Source: Candidatus Uhrbacteria bacterium (GTDB lineage Bacteria; Patescibacteriota; Patescibacteriia; UBA9934; GWF2-40-263). From it: DNA of 64,000 nt. The DNA lies in assembly GCA_016844925.1 (NCBI GenBank), contig JAERTI010000043.1:197110-261109 (forward strand), given 5' to 3'. A model generated the notes under the pieces. The model was not told where the DNA came from. It was given only the letters and a program-made list of their open reading frames with translations, and did no database searches. Made by a program: the position numbers and the translations under genes. Below are positions 54,632 through 62,328 of this stretch, one piece after another; positions within the stretch are counted from its first letter, which is position 1, and every line of letters begins with the position of its first letter.

Positions 54632-54925
54632 ATGAAGTTAGAAAACAAAGACACGGAGAACTTGTTTCTCGCCATCTTGAGTCTACAAACCCTTGAAGAA
54701 GCCAAGGCGTTCTTTCGAGATTTGTTGACTGAGAAGGAGATTGAAGAGTTTTCTAATCGTTGGAAAGCGGCGCGTATGCTCTCAGAAGGAATCCCGTATT
54801 CAAAGATTCAGATGGAGACGGGGCTTTCATCTCGCACGGTAGCTCGTATTTCTAAATGGCTTCAATCAGGTATGGATGGCTACAAACTTCTCATTAACCG
54901 AACCCATCATCATGACGATCTCTAG
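54632..54925 (+). CDS. TrpR-like (YerC/YecD family) DNA-binding protein
   Basis: LLTEKEIEEFSNRWKAARML...IQMETGLSSRTVARISKWL. Confidence 0.65.
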   Translation: MKLENKDTENLFLAILSLQTLEEAKAFFRDLLTEKEIEEFSNRWKAARMLSEGIPYSKIQMETGLSSRTVARISKWLQSGMDGYKLLINRTHHHDDL

Positions 54926-54996
54926 GAGATGCGTCATTTGAGTTTTCAAAAACACGCGTCTCCCGGCGCGTGTTTTTTATTCTGTAATCAAACACT

Positions 54997-55698
54997 ATGA
55001 ACAAGATATTACTTATTGGAGGAACCCACGGTGACGAGCCCGTTGGTGTGCGTGCACTTGAGGCAATTGAGGGGCGTCGAAGTGACTTCGATTGGATCGA
55101 GGGAAACCCACGAGCACTAAAGGTTGGAAAACGATTTACGCAGACAGATTTGAACCGCAGTGCTCCCGGTGACTTACAGTCGGAGAATTATGAGGAGAGA
55201 CGGGCGGCTGAGTTGGTGCGACTCTCTGCCAAGTATGAGTACACCATCGATCTGCACGGTACGAGTAAGCAGACAGGCATCTTCTTGATCGTGACGAACC
55301 CTACACGGGCGAATCTTCGGCTCGCGCGGATGCTCGATGTTGATCGTGTGGTGATCTGGCCAGCGATCACGCCCGACTTGGAGGGGCCCGTGAGTGAGTT
55401 CTTCCCCTGTGGGCTGGAGATTGAGTGTGGGTCGAAAGATGCTCCTCAGACGCAAGTGGAACTAGAGAAGATTCTAGAGACGTTTCTTGAGCGGGGTGAG
55501 CGGACGTCAGAGCGGGGGCAGGTTTTCTATGAGGTGTACGGAGAGCTTCGCGGAGACCCAGGTGTCGAGCTTGAGGAATTCGTCGAGGTGACAGTCGACG
55601 GGGAAACGTTCACGCCGCTGCTCGTTGGAACCTATCAAGATGCGTATGGCGTGGCGTGCTACAAGCTTCGCCGTGTGGATCCGGAGACGTTGCGTTAA
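54997..55698 (+). CDS. AstE/AspA-family zinc hydrolase (second copy in the window)
   Basis: GGTHGDEPVG, DLNRS, IDLHG. Confidence 0.65.
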   Translation: MNKILLIGGTHGDEPVGVRALEAIEGRRSDFDWIEGNPRALKVGKRFTQTDLNRSAPGDLQSENYEERRAAELVRLSAKYEYTIDLHGTSKQTGIFLIVTNPTRANLRLARMLDVDRVVIWPAITPDLEGPVSEFFPCGLEIECGSKDAPQTQVELEKILETFLERGERTSERGQVFYEVYGELRGDPGVELEEFVEVTVDGETFTPLLVGTYQDAYGVACYKLRRVDPETLR

Positions 55699-55755
55699 GC
55701 AACGCTCCTGTCCCTGCCACTGAAACGCTTTCAGTGGTGAGACCAGGAGAGAGCC

Positions 55756-56334
55756 ATGACGATCCGACTGATTGATCCGACGCGCGATATGGATCGCGCC
55801 ATCGAGCTGTACCAGACCTGCTTTGCCGAGCCGCCGTGGAACGAGCGGTTCGATGAGGGTGAGCTCCGTGCAGAGTTCATGGAGAAGCTCAGCTGGCCCG
55901 ACGCCATTTTCCTCGTCGCAGAGGATGATGACGGCCAGGTGATCGGCGGCGCGCTGGGCTTCCATGTGTGCCGTAAACCTGACGTGTGCGAGCGCATCCC
56001 CGATGTGGATCGCAACAGCTTCTACGTGGCCGAGCTCTTCGTGGATCCGGACGCTCGGGTTCGCGGGGTATGTCGCAAGATGAACAGCGCCCTGCTCGAG
56101 CTCGCACGTCGCTTCGGCTACAGCCGTGCGAGCGTGCGCACGAGCGTGGAGCAGGGGATCATCCGGCATCTGTTCGTTGGTGGGCTCGAGTTCACTGTGG
56201 TGGCTCGGCAGGACGTTGTCTCCACCAAGTGGATCGATGGCGTCGAGCAGCAGGTGCCTGACACGCGAGTGCTCATGTGCGGAGCGATTCCCAACATGCA
56301 GGCGACGACCAGTGTCGCTGCAACGAGAGTGTGA
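55756..56334 (+). CDS. GNAT-family acetyltransferase (high GC)
   Basis: GNAT-like core (FLVAEDDDGQVIGGALGF...ELFVDPDARVRGVCRKM). Confidence 0.55.
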   Translation: MTIRLIDPTRDMDRAIELYQTCFAEPPWNERFDEGELRAEFMEKLSWPDAIFLVAEDDDGQVIGGALGFHVCRKPDVCERIPDVDRNSFYVAELFVDPDARVRGVCRKMNSALLELARRFGYSRASVRTSVEQGIIRHLFVGGLEFTVVARQDVVSTKWIDGVEQQVPDTRVLMCGAIPNMQATTSVAATRV

Positions 56335-56344
56335 TGCACTCAAG

Positions 56345-56371
56345 ACGGTAGGTGACTACCGTCTTTTTTTC
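56345..56371 (+). terminator. Intrinsic terminator
   Basis: gacggtag-gtga-ctaccgtc-ttttttt. Confidence 0.65.
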
Positions 56372-56389
56372 TTGTAGACTGCTGAGCAT

Positions 56390-56827
56390 ATGAAAGCTGT
56401 TGTGCAGCGCGTTAAACGCGCATCTGTGACCGTTGACGGAGAGGTGACTGGGGCGATTAAACAGGGGCTCTTAGTGCTTTTGGGTATCCATCAAGACGAT
56501 ACAGATGACAAGATTGAGAAGATGGCTGGGAGGCTAGCTCGTCTGCGGATCTTTGAAGATGACGAAGGAAAGATGTCGCGGTCAGTTCAAGATATCGGCG
56601 GGGGTGTACTCGTCGTGAGCCAGTTCACGCTTTGTGCAGATACAAAGAAAGGGAACAGACCGAGCTTCGTTGAGTCGGCGCGACCTGAGAAGGCGGAGCC
56701 GATGTACGAGGCTGTGGTCGAGGCGCTGCGCGCACTGGACGTACCTGTTGAGACCGGGCGTTTCGCTGCGATGATGGATGTGGAGCTGGTGAACGATGGG
56801 CCTGTAACGATCCTGTTCGACTTTTAA
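56390..56827 (+). CDS. dtd: D-aminoacyl-tRNA deacylase
   Basis: MKAVVQRV...SQFTL...NDGPVT. Confidence 0.9.
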   Translation: MKAVVQRVKRASVTVDGEVTGAIKQGLLVLLGIHQDDTDDKIEKMAGRLARLRIFEDDEGKMSRSVQDIGGGVLVVSQFTLCADTKKGNRPSFVESARPEKAEPMYEAVVEALRALDVPVETGRFAAMMDVELVNDGPVTILFDF

Positions 56828-56835
56828 AAGACACT

Positions 56836-56898
56836 CCCCGGTTCGCCGGGGATTTTTGTTTGGAAAAGTAAAAACCCACCCGTCGTAGAGGGTGGGGG
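56836..56898. terminator. Convergent terminators: dtd on the + strand, nadE on the - strand
   Basis: ccccgg-ttcg-ccgggg-atttttg and aaaaacccaccc-gtcgtaga-gggtggg. Confidence 0.6.
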
Positions 56899-56904
56899 TG
56901 AGGC

Positions 56905-58866
56905 CTAGGCGGCCTCGAGGGCGTCCAGCTCGTCGAGCCAGACCTTGAGCAGGTTCACGTCCGGCGGAGCGCGCCAGTCGCCGCGGGGGGACAGCGCCAC
57001 CGAACCCATCTTGGGGCTCGAGGGGACGTTCTCCCGCTTGTACTGCATTCGGCTGAACCGCTTGTAGAACAGGCGGAGCCACTTGCGGATGGTGACCTGG
57101 TCGTAGGTGCCTTTGAAGGCGATGCCGGCCAGGAAGTCCGTCTTGGTGGCGCTGAAGCCGTGGCGCAGCAGGCACCAGAGGAAGAAGTCGTGCAGCTCGT
57201 AGGGGCCGACGATGTCTTCCGTCTTCTGTTCGATCTCCCCGGAATCGGGGCGCACCAGCTCGGGGCTGATGGGCGTGTCGACGATGTCGAGGATCGTGGC
57301 CGTGGCCTCGGGGAAGAGGTTCTTCTGCGCGACCCAGTTCACCACGTGCTTGATCAGCGTCTTGGGGATACCACCGTTGGGGTTGTACATGCTCTGTACG
57401 TCCCCGTTGTAGGTGCACCAGCCCAGGGCGATCTCGGAAAGGTCGCCGGTGCCGATCACGAAGCCCAGGTCCATGAGGATCTCGGTTCGCTCACGCGCCT
57501 GAGCGTTCTCGCACTTGAGGCACTTCCAGCACGGCTCGTGGCCGATGGCCTTGAGGCGGGCTGCCACCAACTCTTCGATGGGGATGACCTTGACGGTGAA
57601 GCCCAGAGCCTTGGGCAGGGCCGTGGAGTTGCGCAGAGTCCGCTCCGTGGTGCCGGGCCCCGGCATGGAAACGGCCGTCACGTCCTTGATGTCCCAGTCC
57701 ATGCGCTTGTACAGCTGGGCGAGCTCGAGGGCGGTGCAGGACGAATCCAGGCCGCCGGAGTTGCCGAAGACCACCTTGGGGCTCTGGCCGCGCCCCACAT
57801 GGAGCAATCGCCGGCGCAGGCCGATGATGGCGTGCATGAACACGTCATCGCAGCGTCGGTCCAGCGTCGCGGGGTTGCTGGGTACGAATGGGTGCGGGTC
57901 GATGCGTGCGTGCAAAGGCTTGTTCTTGAAGAACCAGTCGAGGCTGAAGGTCTCGACCTGTACGCGTCGCACGGGCGGGGCTTGGGCGATACACTCGCCG
58001 AAGCTGCCGGTGAAGATGCGTTCGTGGCGCAGTCGGCCGACGTCGATGTCTCGGATGAGCGACTGAGGCCCTTGCGCGAACCGTTCGGTCTGTCCGATCA
58101 CGTGCCCGCCTTGGGCGATGAGGCAGTGCCCATCGAAGACGACGTCTCCGGTGGACTCCTCGATGCCGCTGGCGGCGTAGACGTAGGCGCCGATCTGGTC
58201 GCCCGAGCGCTGCGCGATCATCTGTCGGCGGTAGTCCGCCTTGCCGATCTCGCTGTTGGATGCACTCAGGTTCACGATGATCTCGGCGCCAGCCACGGCC
58301 AGGAATGCTCCTGGCTGAATGGGGAGCCAGCCGTCCTCGCAGATCTCGACACCGAAGCTGCCGGCACACTGGCCGTCGAACATCAGGTCGAAGATCAGGT
58401 CGGTACCGACCGGCACCTCCTTGCCCAGCAGCGTCATGGTGCGCGACTTCAGGTGGCTCGCGGGCTTGAACCAGCGGGCCTCGTAGAAGTGCTTGCCATT
58501 GGCGAGCATGCTCTTGGGGATGACCCCGAGCACTTCGCCCATTTGGCAGACCACGGCGACGTTGAACAGCATGCCATCCATGACGAGCGGCATGCCGACG
58601 ACGATGACGGCCTTGACGCTCTCCGTCTTGGAGAGAAGCAAGCTCAGTGCCGCCAGAGCGGCGGTCTGCAGAGACGGCTTGAGGAACAGGTCACCGCAGG
58701 TGTAGCCCGTGAGCGAAAGCTCCGGGGTCACGATGAGCTGAACACCCTTCTCCATGCACGTGAGATCTTCGAGCTGTGCGATCTCCGCGGCATTGGCCAT
58801 GGGATCAGCAACGTGGACCGGTGGGACCACGGTAGCGACGCGGACGAATCCGAGGTTGGGTTCCAT
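56905..58866 (-). CDS. nadE: Glutamine-dependent NAD+ synthetase (nitrilase domain + NAD synthetase domain)
   Basis: N-terminal CN-hydrolase domain (VATVVPP...TPELSLTGY) and C-terminal PP-loop domain (GNSGGLDS); start set at MEPNLGF. Confidence 0.8.
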   Translation of the reverse strand: MEPNLGFVRVATVVPPVHVADPMANAAEIAQLEDLTCMEKGVQLIVTPELSLTGYTCGDLFLKPSLQTAALAALSLLLSKTESVKAVIVVGMPLVMDGMLFNVAVVCQMGEVLGVIPKSMLANGKHFYEARWFKPASHLKSRTMTLLGKEVPVGTDLIFDLMFDGQCAGSFGVEICEDGWLPIQPGAFLAVAGAEIIVNLSASNSEIGKADYRRQMIAQRSGDQIGAYVYAASGIEESTGDVVFDGHCLIAQGGHVIGQTERFAQGPQSLIRDIDVGRLRHERIFTGSFGECIAQAPPVRRVQVETFSLDWFFKNKPLHARIDPHPFVPSNPATLDRRCDDVFMHAIIGLRRRLLHVGRGQSPKVVFGNSGGLDSSCTALELAQLYKRMDWDIKDVTAVSMPGPGTTERTLRNSTALPKALGFTVKVIPIEELVAARLKAIGHEPCWKCLKCENAQARERTEILMDLGFVIGTGDLSEIALGWCTYNGDVQSMYNPNGGIPKTLIKHVVNWVAQKNLFPEATATILDIVDTPISPELVRPDSGEIEQKTEDIVGPYELHDFFLWCLLRHGFSATKTDFLAGIAFKGTYDQVTIRKWLRLFYKRFSRMQYKRENVPSSPKMGSVALSPRGDWRAPPDVNLLKVWLDELDALEAA

Positions 58867-58966
58867 GTGAGTCTCCAGTTGGAAGGTTCGTTTCAAACGT
58901 GAGAGCACGATCAGGCTTGATCTTGCGCTCGCGTAAAAGCTCGTGCGTGTCACGAGCAGGAGTGGA

Positions 58967-59659
58967 TCAAGGGGTCAAGTTTCCGAGGATCCAGGAGAGG
59001 TAGTGATCGCGTGTGTCGTCGGTCAGATTGCCAGAGATCCTCTGATCCACCATCTGGAAGAGAATCGTGGCACGCAACCACTGAGCGAACGCGAAGGTAC
59101 GAATCCCTTGGTGGACGGTGTCCGGGTCGATGAACTGGGAGATGGGCATGCGCACGCGATCGATGCGCTCACCTTCGTCCTTGTTCCCCAGGCCCGTCTC
59201 GGGTCCCGTGACCTGATCGTCCTCGACGAAGACCACGGAGAGGAAGGCTCGTTCGGCGAGGATGCCAGCCGACAAGCTCATCGAGTGACCGCCGTTGAGC
59301 ATCTGCACGTCCTCTTCGGTGATGGTCGTGCCACACTCTTCCAGCGCTTCCTTGACCAGCAGGGCCTTGGGGCCCAGGTCGACGTCGAAGCGCCCCGCGA
59401 CGGTCTCGGTTTCCGCGCCGGTGGGGTTCTCCTCCCGGCGCTGGGAGAGGTGCTCCTGGCGAATCAAGATGACCTCGCCGCGCGTGAGATCGACGAGCAG
59501 GCCGTTGACCGAGTTGCTGACCCGGACGACTTCACGGTTGAACCCGTGACCGTCGTTCCAGACCTCTACGACGCAGAAGCCTTCGTGCGCGAGAGCAACC
59601 ACCTCAGGGGGGTATTGTTCTTCGGACATGGTTCCTTCTCCAACGATGTCTCTCTGCAT
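58967..59659 (-). CDS. Nudix hydrolase (ADP-ribose pyrophosphatase-like)
   Basis: Nudix-box-like GRFDVDLGPKALLVKEALEECG; ~230 aa. Confidence 0.55.
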   Translation of the reverse strand: MQRDIVGEGTMSEEQYPPEVVALAHEGFCVVEVWNDGHGFNREVVRVSNSVNGLLVDLTRGEVILIRQEHLSQRREENPTGAETETVAGRFDVDLGPKALLVKEALEECGTTITEEDVQMLNGGHSMSLSAGILAERAFLSVVFVEDDQVTGPETGLGNKDEGERIDRVRMPISQFIDPDTVHQGIRTFAFAQWLRATILFQMVDQRISGNLTDDTRDHYLSWILGNLTP

Positions 59660-59710
59660 CGAGAGGCATCTTTGAAAAGGGGCGAGAGCGTGTCTCGCCG
59701 CCAGCGCGTG

Positions 59711-60781
59711 CTAGTACAGCACGTCGCCGTTGTGGTCCCAGTTGCGGTAGCCGTGGCCGTCGGGCTTGTGCACGATGGACTTCATCACGGTGCCGCCGTT
59801 GGCTTCCTCGCAGCGGGCGAACGTGACGTTCACGCCGTGGGAGGGATCCTTGAAGATGCCGCCGACCAGGAACACGGGCGTGCCCCAGGGGAGGGGGTTG
59901 CCCAGGCTCAGGCCATCCGGGTTGTCCGGGATTTCGGCGATGAGCTCGAACGCCTCCTGGAGGGGTCCGATGTCGATCCAGTTGTCGGCGTTCCACTGCA
60001 CGACTTCCTGGTTGCTGACCTGGTAGCTTTCGGGTCGCCAGACCTCGCGGATCACGACCATCTGCACACCCATGTCACCGAGCACACGGATGTAGTCCAT
60101 GATGTCGTCGACGTTCGCGATGCCCTCGCGGTTGATCACCAGCGAGGCACGCACGAGCAGTCCGAGCTCTCGGGCTTGCTTGATCAGCCCGATGGGGCTG
60201 TGCTTCTGCAGCATCAGCGCACGGTTTGTGTCCGGCTCGTGGTGAGCGATGGACAGCGTGATCATGGTGAGGCCGGCGTCGACCAGCTTCTTGAGCAGAT
60301 TCTCCTTGGGCATGCCCGGCAGCATCAGGTAGCCGTTGGTGTGCATGTCCACGAGCGGGACGTACTCACGTGCCGTACGGATGACGTCGATCAGGTAGTC
60401 GTCGTCCTCCTGCGTGGGGTCCGCCCGTCCGGTGAGGATGGCGTGACTGGCCCCGAGCTGCTTGGCGTAGCCGAGTCCGACGCGGAGTCGGTCCATGTTG
60501 AAGGTCTTGCGAGTGCGCGGGTCCACGTCCGTGGTTCCAGGGGTGGTGCGGCTGATGCAGAACTTGCATCCGGCCGTACAGCGAGGGTTGTCGCTCATCT
60601 GGAACGAGATCGACTGCGCGCGCATCTGGCCCGAGCCGTGTGCGATGGGACGGGACTCCTCCGGCTCCACGGAGGAGCTGGCGCGCGCGGCGCGGAGCGA
60701 GTGCAAGAACAAGGTGCCTGCAGCACGAAGCGTGCCGCGCAGGCCGAATCGGGATCGGGTCATGGCTGTCTCCTTCAGCAT
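59711..60781 (-). CDS. Radical SAM enzyme of unknown specificity with a ~50-aa N-terminal extension
   Basis: CTAGCKFC (Cx3Cx2C) motif, then G-rich and NG motifs; AAGGAGA SD 6 nt before the first ATG. Confidence 0.65.
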   Translation of the reverse strand: MLKETAMTRSRFGLRGTLRAAGTLFLHSLRAARASSSVEPEESRPIAHGSGQMRAQSISFQMSDNPRCTAGCKFCISRTTPGTTDVDPRTRKTFNMDRLRVGLGYAKQLGASHAILTGRADPTQEDDDYLIDVIRTAREYVPLVDMHTNGYLMLPGMPKENLLKKLVDAGLTMITLSIAHHEPDTNRALMLQKHSPIGLIKQARELGLLVRASLVINREGIANVDDIMDYIRVLGDMGVQMVVIREVWRPESYQVSNQEVVQWNADNWIDIGPLQEAFELIAEIPDNPDGLSLGNPLPWGTPVFLVGGIFKDPSHGVNVTFARCEEANGGTVMKSIVHKPDGHGYRNWDHNGDVLY

Positions 60782-60861
60782 CGTCCGCCCCAGGTTGGGG
60801 CAGGCGGTGAAAAGGGGCGAGGGGCATCGGGGTTGCCAATGTCTCGCCGCGTTGTGGTTGT

Positions 60862-62154
60862 TCAGACCGTCTGGAGGACGTTGTAGGTCTCCTCGTAGCC
60901 GAACACGCGCTTGTAGCGCTCGATCTCCTCGGGGTCACCGATCGCCTTGGCGATGTTGTCCGAGAGCTTGACCGTGCTGTACCAGGTGCCGCCCACGTAG
61001 CGGGCGTACCAGGGCTTGATGACCAGCGAGCGGGTCGGGAGACCCAGGTCGTTGGTCAGGTTGGTGCCCCAACCGAAGCTCACCTTGATGCGGCCTCGGA
61101 AGTGGTAGAACAGCTTCAGAATGGTCGGCAGGTCCAGGCCGTCCGAGAAGATGAGCATCTTCCCACGCGGGTCGATGCCGAAGCTCTCGTACAGAGCGAT
61201 GAGCATCTCACCGTAGGCGATGGGGTCGCCCGAATCGTGGCGGAAGCCCTTCCACTGTTCCAGCTGCTTGCGCAGGAAGTCGCGGAAGAAGGCCTTGGAA
61301 CCGAAGGTGTCGGTCAGTCCGATGGAGAGACCTTCGCCGTAGGTGGCCCACCAGATGTTCAGCATCTCCTGCTGGCTGGCGAGCAGGGCCTTGTCCGGGT
61401 CTTCTGCAGCGCCCGTGAGGGCCGCGATGATCATGGGCTTCTGGTGGCCGTTGGTGCCCATCGGAAGCAGATCGTGGAGCATGGCGGATTCGACGTTGGA
61501 CGTGCCCAGGAACTGGCCCTTCAGCACTTCGGCCATGACCTGGTCCACGTAGTGCTGCCAGGCTCGGAAGGCGCGACGGCGCGTGCCGAAGTCGCAGACG
61601 AGCAGTCCGGGATGCTTCTTGATCTCGAGGATCTTTTCCCAGAGGCGCTTCTTGCCCTCGGCAATGACCACGTCTCGCTCCAGGCGCGACATGCCTCGCA
61701 GGCTCTTGCGCGTACGCAGGCCATTGATGGATGCCAGGCCGGGGACTTCCCAGTGGATGCCCTTGGACCAGAGGCCCATGAAGCGAAGGTCGAGCTGACC
61801 TTCGGGGGTCTCTTCCAGACCGAAGGTTGGCCGCTGAAGCGTGCGAAGGTGATCCATGTACGCGGGACCGAACATCCGGTCTCCGTATTCGTCGGTGCCC
61901 AGCACGTAGTGCAGCTCGGTTCGCTTGAACCGGTCGTCTTCCAGCGTCTCGAGGGTGGCGGTCAGCTCGTCGACGTCCAGCTCTTCTGCCAGAGGAACGT
62001 CGGTGTTCCGGTTGGTCAGGCGGTAGTCGACTTCGACGTTGCCATAGTGCAGCACGATGGGTTGCCCCATCGAGTAGGTATAGAAGTCGTCATCGAGCAT
62101 GCCGCCGACGACAGGCCCTTCACATGCGGCTTCGACAAGAGGGTCGCTCAACAT
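60862..62154 (-). CDS. pncB: Nicotinate phosphoribosyltransferase
   Basis: DDDFYTYSM N-terminus, DFGTRRR and GTSN blocks typical of PncB. Confidence 0.75.
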   Translation of the reverse strand: MLSDPLVEAACEGPVVGGMLDDDFYTYSMGQPIVLHYGNVEVDYRLTNRNTDVPLAEELDVDELTATLETLEDDRFKRTELHYVLGTDEYGDRMFGPAYMDHLRTLQRPTFGLEETPEGQLDLRFMGLWSKGIHWEVPGLASINGLRTRKSLRGMSRLERDVVIAEGKKRLWEKILEIKKHPGLLVCDFGTRRRAFRAWQHYVDQVMAEVLKGQFLGTSNVESAMLHDLLPMGTNGHQKPMIIAALTGAAEDPDKALLASQQEMLNIWWATYGEGLSIGLTDTFGSKAFFRDFLRKQLEQWKGFRHDSGDPIAYGEMLIALYESFGIDPRGKMLIFSDGLDLPTILKLFYHFRGRIKVSFGWGTNLTNDLGLPTRSLVIKPWYARYVGGTWYSTVKLSDNIAKAIGDPEEIERYKRVFGYEETYNVLQTV

Positions 62155-62203
62155 GTCTTTCTCCAGGTTGATGGTACAACCCCGCGATGATGGTCATCAC
62201 GGG

Positions 62204-62264
62204 GAGAAATCTGGACTCGAGGGTCTCGAGCGCAGGTTTCTTGTAAATAGGTCGCGCCGCCGAG
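62204..62264 (-). promoter_or_regulatory. Conserved leader element, copy 1 (upstream of pncB)
   Basis: aaatctggActcgag-ggt-ctcgagCgcaggttt imperfect 34-nt palindrome plus a conserved taaatagg...ccgag flank; shared with the nadD::nadK leader. Confidence 0.5.
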
Positions 62265-62328
62265 CCGAGACGGTCTCGACAGGGCGGGCGACAGAGTTGA
62301 TCATGACACGTCGTTCGCGAGCGACGTG

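Noticed and set aside
58967-59659. Calling the Nudix protein an NrtR transcriptional regulator, which would bind the palindromic leader element
   Set aside because: The ORF is only ~230 aa and shows no C-terminal winged-helix extension. It reads as a plain ADP-ribose-pyrophosphatase-type Nudix.
58943-60886. 647-aa + strand ORF, plus other long antisense ORFs (57160-58902, 61102-62190, 62326-63309, 56582-57418, 55507-56343, 39299-40165, 1747-2529, 2469-2864, 3558-4094, 4134-4436 and others)
   Set aside because: They lie antisense to, or out of frame with, well-supported high-GC genes. High GC suppresses stop codons. They have no motifs, RBS or coherent boundaries. They were treated as shadow ORFs.
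62155-62328. Assignment of the conserved pncB / nadD-nadK leader element to the known NAD+-I (nadA motif) or NAD+-II (pnuC motif) riboswitch classes
   Set aside because: I cannot reproduce those consensus structures from memory well enough to confirm or exclude a match. It is left as an unclassified candidate that needs a covariance-model search.
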